From: Diplonema japonicum
Taxonomy: Eukaryota > Protista > Euglenozoa: Diplonemea
Reading direction: 5' to 3'
DNA: 64,000 nucleotides
Assembly: GCA_964019335.1 (NCBI GenBank)
Contig: OZ025690.1
Location: 1 to 64,000, forward strand
Part shown: in pieces, positions 1-10,254 of the stretch
Layout: each line of letters begins with the position of its first letter
Position numbering within the stretch: position 1 is the first letter of the stretch
The notes under the pieces: generated by a model
Databases searched by the model: none
What the model was told of the DNA's origin: nothing
Seen by the model: only the letters and a program-made list of their open reading frames with translations
Made by a program: the position numbers and the translations under genes

Positions 1-560
1 CTTCTTATCCTCCTTCTGGGAGGAAACAAAGGGGGGGGAATCCACTTGGGGGGGGTTTGCAAGGGGGGGATTTACAAGAGGGGGGACAGATAAACCATAA
101 ATAGAAGAAGCAGAGGAAGGGGCGCTACCCTCTCTCGGGAGTGCACCCTTCCCTTTTTTTTTTTCTTATCCTCCTCCTGGGAGGGAACAAAGGGGGGGGG
201 ATCTACAAGGGGGGGGTTTACAAGGGGGGAATTTACAAGAGGGGGGACAGATAAACAAGAGAAAGAAGAAAAAGAAGAAGCGGAGGAAGGGGGGGAGTTT
301 ACAAGAGGGGAGACAGATAATCCAGAGATAGAAGAAGCAGAGGAAGGGGCGCTACCCTCTCTCGGGAGTGCACCCTTACCTATTTTTTTCTTGTCCTCCC
401 CCTGGGAAGAAACAAAGGGGGGGGGAATCTACAATGGGGGGGTTTACAAGGGGGGAATTTACAAGAGGGGGGACAGATAAACAAGAGAAAGAAGAACAAG
501 AAGAAGCGGAGGAAGGGGGGGAAGGGGCGCCTCCCTCTCTCGGGGACACCTCCTTCGCAC
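1..560. repeat. Degenerate tandem repeat, about three copies of a ~160-225 bp G/A-rich unit
   Basis: The blocks CTGGGAGGAAACAAAGGGGGGG...TTTACAAGAGGGGGGACAGATAAAC...CCCTCTCTCGGG recur near 16, 177 and 403, with internal sub-duplications. Confidence 0.8.
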
Positions 561-1424
561 TCTCTTTCCTTCTCCCCACAAACACAGTATTTTTTTTTTC
601 TATTTCCTCCACAGAGGACACAGAGGGGGAGGGGAGGGGCACGGGGCAGCCAACCGTCCGCAGGGTGATCGACACCCTGGAGCCCGAAGAACACCCTTCG
701 GGGATGTGGTGGGTCCATTCGTAGCGGGCCTCACCCTCCAGAATGGCCCAGGTGAAGGGAGGCACCAGGTACTTCGATACCCTGGACCCCTTCTTCAGGA
801 CCATCGTGGTCTCTGCGCCGTACGAGAGGATGAGGACCACTGGTCCCAACCTCACGTCGTCGGTGTGGTGGGCGATTCCACACCCAGGCTCGTATCGATT
901 TACGAGCACCTGGTCTGGGGTGATCCCCAGCCCCGCTGCGGTGGCCACCTCCGCCACCCAACCGGCCCCCTCTGGGATCGGGGTGGTGCGGCGCACTTTG
1001 GCACGGGCACCCACCCACCTGAAGCCAAATTGGAGGGTTTCCCTCCCTTTGTTCCCCGAAATGGACTCCCACCCCCCCGAGAGCAAGGTCTCTGGGTGGG
1101 TGGGAGCTGGGCCTGTTCTTAAGCCCGGGGGGTGGTCCCCTCCCGTACCCACCCTCCTTCTTTCTTTTTTTCCCCCCTCTCAGTCTTCAGGCGGGTGGCG
1201 GTGGCGGCTGCGGAATCGGGAGCGGGCGCGCTGGCTGCGGGTGGTTCTATTTTTTTATGTTTTTTATTATTTTTTACGACATCTAGAGGGGATCTAAGGG
1301 GAGGGGAGGGGTCATACTGCCCGGCCAGATTTCGGTCTGGTCGGGTGGTCGGCTTGGTCGGCGTCTCTCGTAGGCGTTCCTCCTGCGGGCGGCGGTCTCC
1401 GACGACGTTTCGTCTAGGGTCCAT
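376..1424 (-). CDS. SL-headed ORF with an AlkB-family 2OG-Fe(II) dioxygenase domain; probably one frameshift between the 1424-1119 and 1152-376 frames
   Basis: Motifs VNRYEPG-GIAHHTD (NxY, HxD), LSYGAETTM, WTHHIP (distal His) and RVSITLR (RxxxxxR). The upstream MDPRR ORF begins 141 nt after an SL exon and changes frame in a homopolymer-rich stretch near 1150-1180. Confidence 0.8.
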
Positions 1425-1565
1425 TTTTATTTTTTTTTTTTTTGTGTTGAGGGGGGAGGGGATCCTTTGCTAAACGGCAGGCGGGCCGGGCCGAAACAAC
1501 CCCCCCAGACGACGACGAACGGACACCGAGCGGACGCAGCAGGCACCAACAAAAACACAGACGAC

Positions 1566-1604
1566 CAATAAAGTACAGAAACTGTAGCTTTAGAATCGTT
1601 GGTT
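1566..1604 (-). ncRNA. Spliced-leader exon copy 1 (39 nt, followed by GT)
   Basis: Reverse complement reads AACCAACGATTCTAAAGCTACAGTTTCTGTACTTTATTG|GTCGT, matching the euglenozoan/diplonemid SL consensus ending CAGTTTCTGTACTTTATTG. It may be a retroposed copy rather than a functional SL RNA gene. Confidence 0.9.
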
Positions 1605-2002
1605 TTTTTGGCAAATAACAATGGACCCACCCGTGCGAAACTAGGGGGAGAGGATATCGGGGTGCACGGCGGAGTGAACAAGGGACGGGAAAGGCTTTTT
1701 TTATTTACTTTCGTTCTTTCTCGTTCACTGGGAACCAAGGAGAGGTAGGGGGGGAAAAAGGTGAAAAGAAGTTCAAGAAAGTTGGGGGGGGTGGGAGGGC
1801 TATCGAAACTTGAGAGGAAGAGATGGAGGAGGGAAAAAGAATTAATTAATTTTTTTTTTTTTTTAAAACCTAGAACCCATATCAAACAATCTTTTTCATT
1901 TTCTTTCTTTTAAACTTTTAAACTAGGAAGATTAAAAATTTTAAGATAGAAAGAAAAATAAGAAAAAGAAACAACAAAAAAAAAAAAAAAAATTTTTTTT
2001 TT

Positions 2003-2229
2003 AAAAAGGGGGACTTGAGAAAATAAATAAAAAGGGGGACTTGAGAAAATAAATAAAAAGGGGGACTTGAGAAAATAAATAAAAAGGGGGACTTGAGAAA
2101 ATAAATAAAAAGGGGGACTTGAGAAAATAAATAAAAAGGGGGACTTGAGAAAATAAATAAAAAGGGGGACTTGAGAAAATAAATAAAAAGGGGGACTTGA
2201 GAAAATAAATAAAAAGGGGGACTTGAGAA
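2003..2229. repeat. Perfect 26-bp minisatellite, about 8.7 copies
   Basis: Unit AAAAAGGGGGACTTGAGAAAATAAAT; ACTTGAG starts at 2013, 2039, ... 2221 with period 26. Confidence 0.97.
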
Positions 2230-2257
2230 TGTTTTTTTTTTTTTTTTTTTCTTCAAA

Positions 2258-2415
2258 AGACACACAAGGCACACAGGCACAGACGCAAACACACGCACGC
2301 ACACAGACACATACACAGACCACGCACGCGCACAGACACACCACGCAGATAAATGCAAGCACACAGACCCATACACGCACCCGCACAGACACACACACAG
2401 ACACGCACACCCACA
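2258..2415. repeat. Degenerate (CA)n microsatellite
   Basis: Run of ACAC/GCAC/AGAC variants. Confidence 0.85.
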
Positions 2416-2455
2416 ATTCTAAAAAACCAAGTGATTGCTTTATTTCTCGTGCGGG

Positions 2456-2760
2456 TTAAACCCACCCGTCAGCGAACAAGCTGTAGAAGGAAAACTTCTA
2501 GTTAAACCAAAAATAAAAATAAAAAGGAGTCAACTTAAAGCCATCAGCAAACAAGCTGTAGGAAAACTTGTAGTTAAACCAAAGATAAAAATAAAAATAA
2601 AAGAGAATCAACTTAAAACCATCAGCAAGCAAGCTGTAGAAGGAAAACTTCTAGTTAAACCATAAGATAAAAAATAAAAAAGAATCACTCAAAACCATCA
2701 GCAAACAAGCTGTAGAAGGAAAACCCCTAGTTAAACCAAAAAGAAAAGAAACGGAAACCC
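2456..2760. repeat. ~76-bp tandem repeat, four copies
   Basis: CAAGCTGTAG...AAAAC(T/C)...TAGTTAAACC starts at 2477, 2552, 2630 and 2706. Confidence 0.92.
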
Positions 2761-2814
2761 AACAGCAAACATGTTTTAACAAAGGAACTTCAGGGGGAAA
2801 ACTCCCGGACCCCG

Positions 2815-3077
2815 TTTTTTGCAAATAACAATGGACCCAAAAGTCATAAATCTCAGTTGCGGCAGGGGCGGCTGCAGCGTTCAAGGCGGCAGGGGCGGCT
2901 GCGGCGATCGTGGTTGTGTCGGCCGTGGCTGCGGCAGGGGCGGCTGCGGCATTTGGGGCGGCAGGGTCGGCTGCGGCGTTCGACGGACGCAGCGGCAAAC
3001 CCAGGCAGAGGCGGCAGGCACCAGCAGAACACGAACGACCAATAAAGTACAGAAACTGTAGCTTTAGAATCGTTGGT
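2815..3077 (-). mobile_element. SL-headed, short-A-tailed ~260-nt non-coding unit (SINE-like)
   Basis: SL exon, then a leader homologous to the one after SL copy 1, four GCGGCAGGG(G/T)CGGCTGC repeats (plus-strand reading), and GGGTCCATTGTTATTTGC-A6. The same terminal motif directly precedes SL copy 1. Confidence 0.55.
3040..3077 (-). ncRNA. Spliced-leader exon copy 2 (38 nt, first A absent, followed by GT)
   Basis: ACCAACGATTCTAAAGCTACAGTTTCTGTACTTTATTG|GTCGT on the minus strand. Confidence 0.9.
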
Positions 3078-3084
3078 GGGGTTT

Positions 3085-3600
3085 GCGGGGTTTGCGGGTT
3101 TGCGGGTTTGCGATGGCCACGTCCATAGCCATTGGGCGGGAACCCCCCACCCCACCACGTCCGCAGGGCGCTGGATCAGCCCCGTCTTCTCCATCGTTGC
3201 GCTCACCCCGGCCCACTGACAGTGTCTGTGGATGGTCTCCTTGTGTCGTGCCTCGCAATCCTGGCGTTGCCGCATCCCTGGGCATGGTCACCCCATACGT
3301 CCACCCCCTCAGTCTTGCACCTCGGGTCGTGGCAGCTCTCACCCTGCTTGTAGACCGGAGCCCCCAACCACCACTTGATCAGAGCCCCAAACTCGTTGTC
3401 CGACAGCTGGTTGTGGAAGTCAGGCGTCGCCGTCAACCACGCCCCCGCATAGTGCATTGACTCCGACATCAACCTCGCTCTCGAGCGTGCATCTGCTTTC
3501 GCCAAGAGGAAGCTTCTCTACCACCACGGCCAAATATCGTTGCAGCTCAAGACACAGGAGCCATCTTGTCCTGTGTAGCGGCTCAAAACCGTCCTGTGTG
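3085..3600 (-). mobile_element. Decayed CRE/SLACS/CZAR-clade non-LTR retrotransposon fragment (zinc knuckle and restriction-like endonuclease)
   Basis: Stitched across frameshifts: LQRYLAVVVEK / ARSRARLMSESMHYAGAWLTATP...LSDNEFGALIKWWLGAPV...CHDPRC...DVWGDHAQGC...RIARHD / ETIHRHCQWAGVSATME...RPADVV / MAMDVAIANP. This is the AGAWL, CCHC, RHD, E, RPAD, DV order of CRE-type endonucleases. Confidence 0.85.
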
Positions 3601-3862
3601 ACAATATAAATTCAAAGCGTCGTTTCAAGACGAATAAAGAGTAAAGAGTAAAGAGTAAAGGAAGGAGGAATTGAGACTGGGTCAAAACGGGTTTTAAACA
3701 AACAAGCAAGGGAAAATAACTTTTTTATAACTAGATGTCTTTGTTGTTCGCACAAGCAAAAAAGGTTTAAAAAAGTGGCGAAAGTTTTTTGCTCTGAACA
3801 AGTTGCATATAGTTGTAAAAACATTTTTTGAAAGATTAATATTTGTAACAAAAGATAATAAA

Positions 3863-3905
3863 TATATGAGCTGAAGGAAGTCTTTGTGAGACGCTCCCTT
3901 GTTCT
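3863..3905 (-). repeat. 43-bp dispersed repeat matching the end of the element at 59058
   Basis: 40/43 identical to 59058-59100; A-rich flanks on the plus strand. Confidence 0.8.
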
Positions 3906-4007
3906 TCAAACAAATAAACAAAAAAAATAATAGTAGTAGAGAGGAGTTCATTAGTAATCAAGATATCAGGAACGTAGTTCCTCATAAGGATAATGTATTA
4001 AGATCAA

Positions 4008-4038
<31 letters not shown>

Positions 4039-4291
4039 AGTCGAGGTGAGAGCAAGAAAGGGGGGGAGAATGGCAAAAAGCAAATTATTGCTCTTAGAGA
4101 TTTTGTTCGCTTTCCTCCACGGGCTTTTCCTTTTTTTTTTCTCAAAAGCACGAGTGAACGTACGCTGTTTACCCCGTTCAGGACGAAAAATCTTTACCAA
4201 AAGAAAATGGGAAAGAGGAAAGGGACCTACCCCGTTGAGGCTAATAAGATCTGTGTTGCCACGAACACGTGCTCTCATAAGGGGGGGGACC

Positions 4292-4387
4292 GGCTATACT
4301 GGCAAGAACGGGGAAACGTTTCCGTTTCCTTAGCCGTTTCCTTATTTCAAAAAAATGCTTGGAAACGCGTTTCTTGCCAGCATAGCC
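4292..4387. mobile_element. MITE family A, short copy
   Basis: Terminal inverted repeats GGCTATACTGGCAAGAA / TTCTTGCCAGCATAGCC, internal GTTTCC repeats, followed by CTAGG; homologous to 8799-8955. Confidence 0.8.
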
Positions 4388-4627
4388 CTAGGGAGGAGGA
4401 GTCAAACAAAACTTCTTTTTTCTTTTCCTTATTTATCATGTCTGCTCGAGCTTCTTTCTTTCTTCTCTGCACATATTTCCTAAAGTAAAGGTATATTGCA
4501 TAACATGAAGGGTGGAATTTCGGGAGTTGAAATAACCAAAAATTACTTTGATCTTTTATTTTATCTTGTTCCCTCATCTTCTCCTATCCCTCTTTCACTT
4601 CTTTTATAGTAATACTCAGTTTTGAAA

Positions 4628-7600
4628 TTAGAGAACTGGCTCCACACCAGAGTGCCCGTCTGGGCAAACAGTGCTGCAACAGGCAACACCGGCGGAGGTC
4701 TGACCGCAGTCCCCAGCAGGCATACTGGGGCACCTGTCCTTGTCGGCAGACATGGTGCAGTAGTCGAGGGACCATTCCAACCCAGGTGCGGCAGTCCTGT
4801 CGTAGCTCACCTTCACGTAGTGGTCATGACCATTAGCAAGCGTGGACACAGCGGTGATGGACGTGATCTTCCCGTCCTTGAGTCTCGACAGTTGTGCTGG
4901 GCTGATGTGAACTTCGTGGCTGTGTCCGCCCCCGGACAGAAGCGTCAGGTCTGCTCCGTAGGCCTCCCACCGTGTCTCCTCCAAGATGCTCTTCAGGGCA
5001 GGGCTTTTCCCACCCACCAGAATCTCCTGGACTGCCTTAGTCTCCTTCCAGATTGTGTTACCGTACTCGTGTACAGGGAACATGGGATACCTCTGTCGCA
5101 CTCTCCCGATCCCATCGATCCCCGGGAACAGTATCCAGTGGCCAGACGCCCTCACCTCGCGCTCCTTCCCGTTCTTGTCCTCCACATAGGTGACCCCACC
5201 CGAGGTGTCCGCCGGGTCCACGTTCGTCGCATCCTTGAAGAAAGAAGCGGGTGTTTGGTAGAACAGGTTCTGTCTGCCCCCTTTGTACGGTTTGCCCTTT
5301 TGCCCGTTCCGCCCGTTTTCTGTCACTGAGTCGTAGTTCGGGTCAGATTTTGCAAAGTACTCGATGTTGTACGGGTTCCACTTCGTGAGCGGGGTGAGGT
5401 ATATAATCTCCAACGGGATGGCGTACGACCATCGCTGCTCCCAGCACTTTTTGTAGACGCATTTCCCTTTTGCCCACGCACACTTCGCCTCCACGGCCTC
5501 CCCGTCCAGCTCTGCCTTCTTCCAGTGAACATACTTGGAGCATGCGACCTTGGACTTCAATCCTCTGCATTCGGTTGTGCGATCCTTGTCGCGCTGCGAT
5601 GCTCGCTTCAGAGGGCCTTCGTCCAGCTTTGCGCACACCTTCTGCGGGTTCACCTTCTTGTGTGTGGTCTGTGCTGCGAACATGTAGTCGTTGAAGGCGC
5701 GCTTCTTCTCAGTTCGCCCCATCGCGTCTTTCTCGAGCATGGAGTAGTAGCGGCTGTATTTTGCTGTGTTCAACGCTTGACTTCCCTTGTATTCTCCACA
5801 TGTCGACCCGAAAGATGTGTCCACCAAGTCTCCGTTAGGGCCATCGAAACCAGAGACTTGCTCCATCAGCGAGTCGATGAACTCGAAGCCTGTCATTCCC
5901 TTCGGCCACGGTGCGTCTTCTTTCCACTTGCTTTCCTTAGTCGGGTTCAGGTCGAACACCGCATGTTTTGTCTTCGCTGTCATCTCACGCGTGGCAGGCT
6001 TGGAGAACCGCAGCTGTACGTGGAGATCGTTCCGCGCCCTGAAGCGCTTCGTGCTGATGTGCTGGTTCATGGGCTTGCAGCTGATGCGGTAGAACCACTG
6101 CGCGAGACGTGGCTCAAAGGTTTCATCGCCATTTTCCAACATGCTGCGGATGGCAGAAGGGAGGTACGGAAGGTTTTCTCGGTTGTTCTTCTGCCCGTTT
6201 TGGAACAGGAAGTTGTTCTTGTCGTTCAGGTCCGACCAGCTGTCTGCATCCACGTGGTGGCGTTCCGAAGCAAACGGTTCAGCGACGTCGTCGTGTGCTT
6301 CCACCCATGCCCCTTCTAGGTAGCATAGCACGGGCTTGAAGTAGTCGCGGAAATCACGATGCGTCACGTTCTGCGTATGGAAGGCGCGGAAGTACTCCCG
6401 CATCTCTGCTGCTTGCGCATTCGTGTTCCCTGCAGCCGTCACAGACGGTGGCACCTCAGGGAAGTCGATACCCTTTGCCTTCGGTGGCCATGAGGAAGTA
6501 AATTCCGTCACTGTCAGGCTGTTGTTGGGCTCTAAAAGCGAGTAGTCATTGTGCCGTGTAGTGAATTGCACTCCGTTCAAAACAGCACCGAACTCCCCCA
6601 TCCCCATAGTGTGGCGAGTGTTTGCATGATTGTGCATCCCAATAGCACCCCCCCCAGTAAAGCTGTTCGAGTGGTACGCGTGTGACCCCTGCCCGTAAGA
6701 GCGCACGAAGGTGACCCCTGACTGTCCTTGCTCGCGGACCCTTTGTTGGATTCTGGTTTCATAAGAGATCAACTGCCTTCCCATAGCGGCCACTGCCCCC
6801 TTCAGCCTGTCCACGGATGCCGAATCAGGGATCTGTCCAGGATTAGCCCCCAGCCCATAGGCAGCAGGGTCGTACAATGGACACTCTGCCATCACCTCTT
6901 CTGTGGGGTTCAGCACTTGCACTTCCAGCCTCACGTTTCTGCCCCATCCCTTTGGCATCGAGCTCACCACTCCGAACGGCGTCACCGTATTGTCCCAGCA
7001 GTACTCCCTCCTGCTGGGGTCTGGTTTTCCCAAAGTTGTTGATCCAAAGTAGTGGCTTCCAACTGTGTCAAGTTCCAAGCTGAAGTTCTTGCCTGCCATT
7101 TCCAGTCCCTCGAAATCTTTCTGCCCAGCAAGCAAGTCCGCACGGTCGAAGTCACATTCTTTGAACGCTTTCTCATCTTTGAATTTCCACAAATCGATCT
7201 TGCTGGACCCACGCCAGACACCAACTCGTCCCCAAGGTAGGCATACATCGCACCATTGTACATGTTCGTTGTCCACTTGCAAACATCGTCGTTGATGGTG
7301 GGGCGTGTCGGCATCGAAGGGTTTCCACTAGAGCTCCCAGCACGGGTGGCAGTCCCTCCGACCACGCACCTGTTGTTGGCGTTGCCCGCACTCCTGTACA
7401 CGTATCGTGTCACGGGAACGTAGACGGACGTCACGTTGGGTGTGATGGTGCAATAGCCATCCCTACCAGGGGGGCCTGCGATCCCGTTCGCCAGCTGTGT
7501 CAGATTTGCCACTTCTTCTCGGAGTTGCTGGATATCGTCCTGGTGGCCATTACTTCCACCGCAGCATGTTGCTGTCACATTCTCCAACTGCAAGGTCAAG

Positions 7601-7986
7601 TTGGCGACCTGCTCTTTGAGTCCGAGCATCATTTTCTCTAGTTCGCCAAGACGGTCGAGCACCTGAGGGCTTGTTGCGCTGTTCTTCCTCGTACGCGTCC
7701 ACGTCATTCCATTGCTCCAGCTGATCATCCCTTCACCATGCCAAGGCGAGGACTTCCCACGAAAGTCTAGAGCATGCAGAAGCCCGCCCACAGGTGTCAC
7801 AACGTCGCCGTCCACGCGAACCGTGCCGTACTTCGAAGCCAGCACACAGCCTGTTGCGTCAGCTGTGCTTGTCACCGTCATCAGGGCATCCGAAGCACTG
7901 TCATGCCACTTGCCGTCGAAGTCATCGCACCCTGCAGTCACTACACTGGCAGCCATGGTGGCTAAAAGCCCCCTAAGCAACATCAT
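4628..7986 (-). CDS. Large secreted multi-domain protein (signal peptide, coiled coil, phytocyanin/cupredoxin-like segment, uncharacterised conserved domain, HxH motifs) with a 1-nt frameshift near 7218
   Basis: Hydrophobic N-terminus MMLLRGLLATMAASVVTA. Restoring one T at ~7218 joins the two long ORFs as LGDELVFWRGSSKIDLWKFKDEKAFKECDF...GSHYF. Later motifs FTTRHNDY, YAIPLEIIYLTPL, RQRYPMFPVH, GHSH, GHDH. Confidence 0.75.
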
Positions 7987-8798
7987 CGTTATGAAACTGT
8001 GAAGCTTGGGATGCAAAAAAAGTAATGGAAGAAAGAATATAACCCATGTCAAAGTACTTGATCTTCTTAGAGAGGAAAAAGGGAAACATGGTCCGAGACC
8101 TGCCGGTGACCAGTCGGCTTGAAGTGCCATCCCGCAGTTCCATTGTCTGACCTGTATTACTAACTGAAATGACCTTCATGTCAGGGAGTTGATTGTCACC
8201 ATGAAGAGCGGGCACACGAAGTTCGCGTTCGCTTTCGAGGCGCAGGGTACCCAATCACACAGCAGTCCTCCAGGGGCTGACCGTCACGGTGTCTTCCCTC
8301 CTGCACCCCCGAGAGCTTCCAGCACCTCGCCCGCCTTTTCCGCAATGGGGTCCGCCACGGCCCCCTGAAGGCATCTACCGTGTCCCCCTGCGACGTGGAC
8401 CCGTTGCGAAAGAAATATGAACGTTCGTTCAAAAAGATAAGTAAGGTGTCAGCTTGACCAAGACGAAGAAATAGGAGAAGTCAGAGTACAACTAGGGGAT
8501 TCGTGAGAAAGGAATGAACACATTCGGGATAACAACCCTGACACCCTGACAAAGTTGGCAATCCACAGTCATCATATGATAATATCCCATTATAGACTCA
8601 AAAAGGCTGCGTCGGCAGGTCGGGTTTGTTGTAGTTGCAATCAGGTTCCGGTCTTCAAGGAACAAGGTGTACCTCAAGTTCATCAACTGTACTCTGGTTT
8701 CGATCACGTGGCTCGTCCATAAGCTGCTCATACGATATTCAACAATAGGTCTGTGAACCTTTGCTCCATTTTTTCTTTTTCTGTGTTGCCAGCTGCCC

Positions 8799-8955
8799 GG
8801 CTATGCTGGCAGGAAACGTGGAAACGTTTCCGTTTCCGTTTCCGTTCCCGTTTCCATACTTTTCAAAATTCTTATGGAAGCGCGTTTCCGTTTCCGTTTC
8901 CGTTTCCCCTTTTTTCAAAAAATGCATGGAAACGCGTTTCCATGCCAGCATAGCC
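8799..8955. mobile_element. MITE family A, long copy
   Basis: Terminal inverted repeats GGCTATGCTGGCA / TGCCAGCATAGCC with (GTTTCC)n inside; followed by CTAGG. Confidence 0.85.
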
Positions 8956-8957
8956 CT

Positions 8958-9628
8958 AGGCATAGTGGTGAGACGACTCGCATGCGAGAATGCGAGTCGT
9001 ATTCTCGCACCAAATTCTCGCACATTCTCGCATGCGAGAATTTTTTTGGCTGAAACTTCAACAGGGAAAGCTAGGTGCCTGAGTGTCAAAATCTTCTAAG
9101 GACCTCAACAGGCAGTGCTTTGCCCCGTGGTGCAGGGGTTCATAGACGGGTGGGCGATGTTGTGTTTGGTCGCAGGCACCACCAACCACCAAGCAGCAAA
9201 CACGCCTTCTCAGCATCCCATTGGTGGAGCTCGCGCATGAAGATACCGACACCAGACACGCTGCTGTCACAGGGGCCCGGATTCGAGAAGGAGACAAGGG
9301 ATCGAGAAGAGTGAAGCAAAGCATCGAAAAGACCCTGTTGCCGTTAAACACAGACGCCACCAGTGCCAAACATTTCTGGGCTGGTCGGGTACTCAAAGGA
9401 ACCCCTCCTATCAAGGAGGGTGAATCACACACGGGGGCGGACGTGAACGCACTGATCGCGTTAGTTCGGGAGGAGTATGAAGGTCGAGGGGGGGTTATTT
9501 TTGACACATGCACACCTGAAGTGCACACTAGCATGTGCGAGAATCGTGCGAGAATGCGAGTCGTTTTGCGAGAATTTCGGCTCAGATTTTTTTTGTGCGA
9601 GAATGCGACTCGCACCACCACTATGCCT
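8958..9628. mobile_element. Non-autonomous TIR element, family B
   Basis: Terminal inverted repeats AGGCATAGTGGTG / CACCACTATGCCT with many subterminal TCTCGCA/TGCGAGA motifs at both ends. Confidence 0.8.
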
Positions 9629-9904
9629 GGGGGGGGGGGGGGGGGGGGGGGTCATATTAGCATAGATAAAGTCACTTTAGACGCTTTATTGTAGCCAGAA
9701 GCAATCTATTGAAAATTGCCCGATGTGGTTGTTGTCCAGGCGGGCATACTTTACCCTACGCACACAATTTTGAGAAAATTTCAACTTTTTTTCATGCACC
9801 AAGAAACTACCAAGTTTCAACAAATGCCTACGTACCCCGTTGGCCGTTTCCTTAAGAAGGGACATGTTTCCCTCTGAGAAGCACAAGTATCTGAAAAATA
9901 TAAA

Positions 9905-9958
9905 AACGGAAACTGAACCGGAAACGTTTCCCAATTTCTTGCCAACATAACTCCTAGG
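9905..9958 (-). mobile_element. Diverged end fragment of MITE family A, inverted orientation
   Basis: Reverse complement TAGGAGTTATGTTGGCAAGAAATTGGGAAACGTTTCCGG resembles the family A left end. Confidence 0.55.
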
Positions 9959-10254
9959 GGGGTTTAAGTGTATAATCTTTTGCCGATCTTTTGCTGTGTA
10001 ATTGGTGGACCAAAATCCAAAAATTCCCAAAATGGACTAAATGCATTCTATGACTGGGGACTTTCGAAAAACAAAAAGGATGAGAAGGTTTCTAGGGGGG
10101 AGAAAAAAAATACAATGCAAAGCAAACGTGTCTTATCGAGTGGGTTTGAAAGGCCGGGGGTTGCTGAGGGCCATCCTTTCTCAAGAACGAGGGAACAGAA
10201 CATAAAATAAACAAGGCAAACGAAGGGGCGAAAAGGTTTGAATTAAAACTGAAA

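Noticed and set aside
1440-1604. Functional SL RNA gene array
   Set aside because: The copies are not in regular tandem units, their downstream sequences diverge, one lacks the GT donor, and no shared upstream promoter is visible. A functional SL gene cannot be fully excluded for copies 1 and 2.
2003-2760. CRISPR-like arrays
   Set aside because: The repeats are contiguous with no unique spacers, there are no cas genes, and the context is eukaryotic.
3078-3112. Telomeric repeat
   Set aside because: GGGTTTGC is not TTAGGG and derives from the adjacent retroelement codons.
9221-9694. Transposase within the family B TIR element
   Set aside because: No DDE or other recognisable motif in any frame, and the ORF runs into the terminal repeats.
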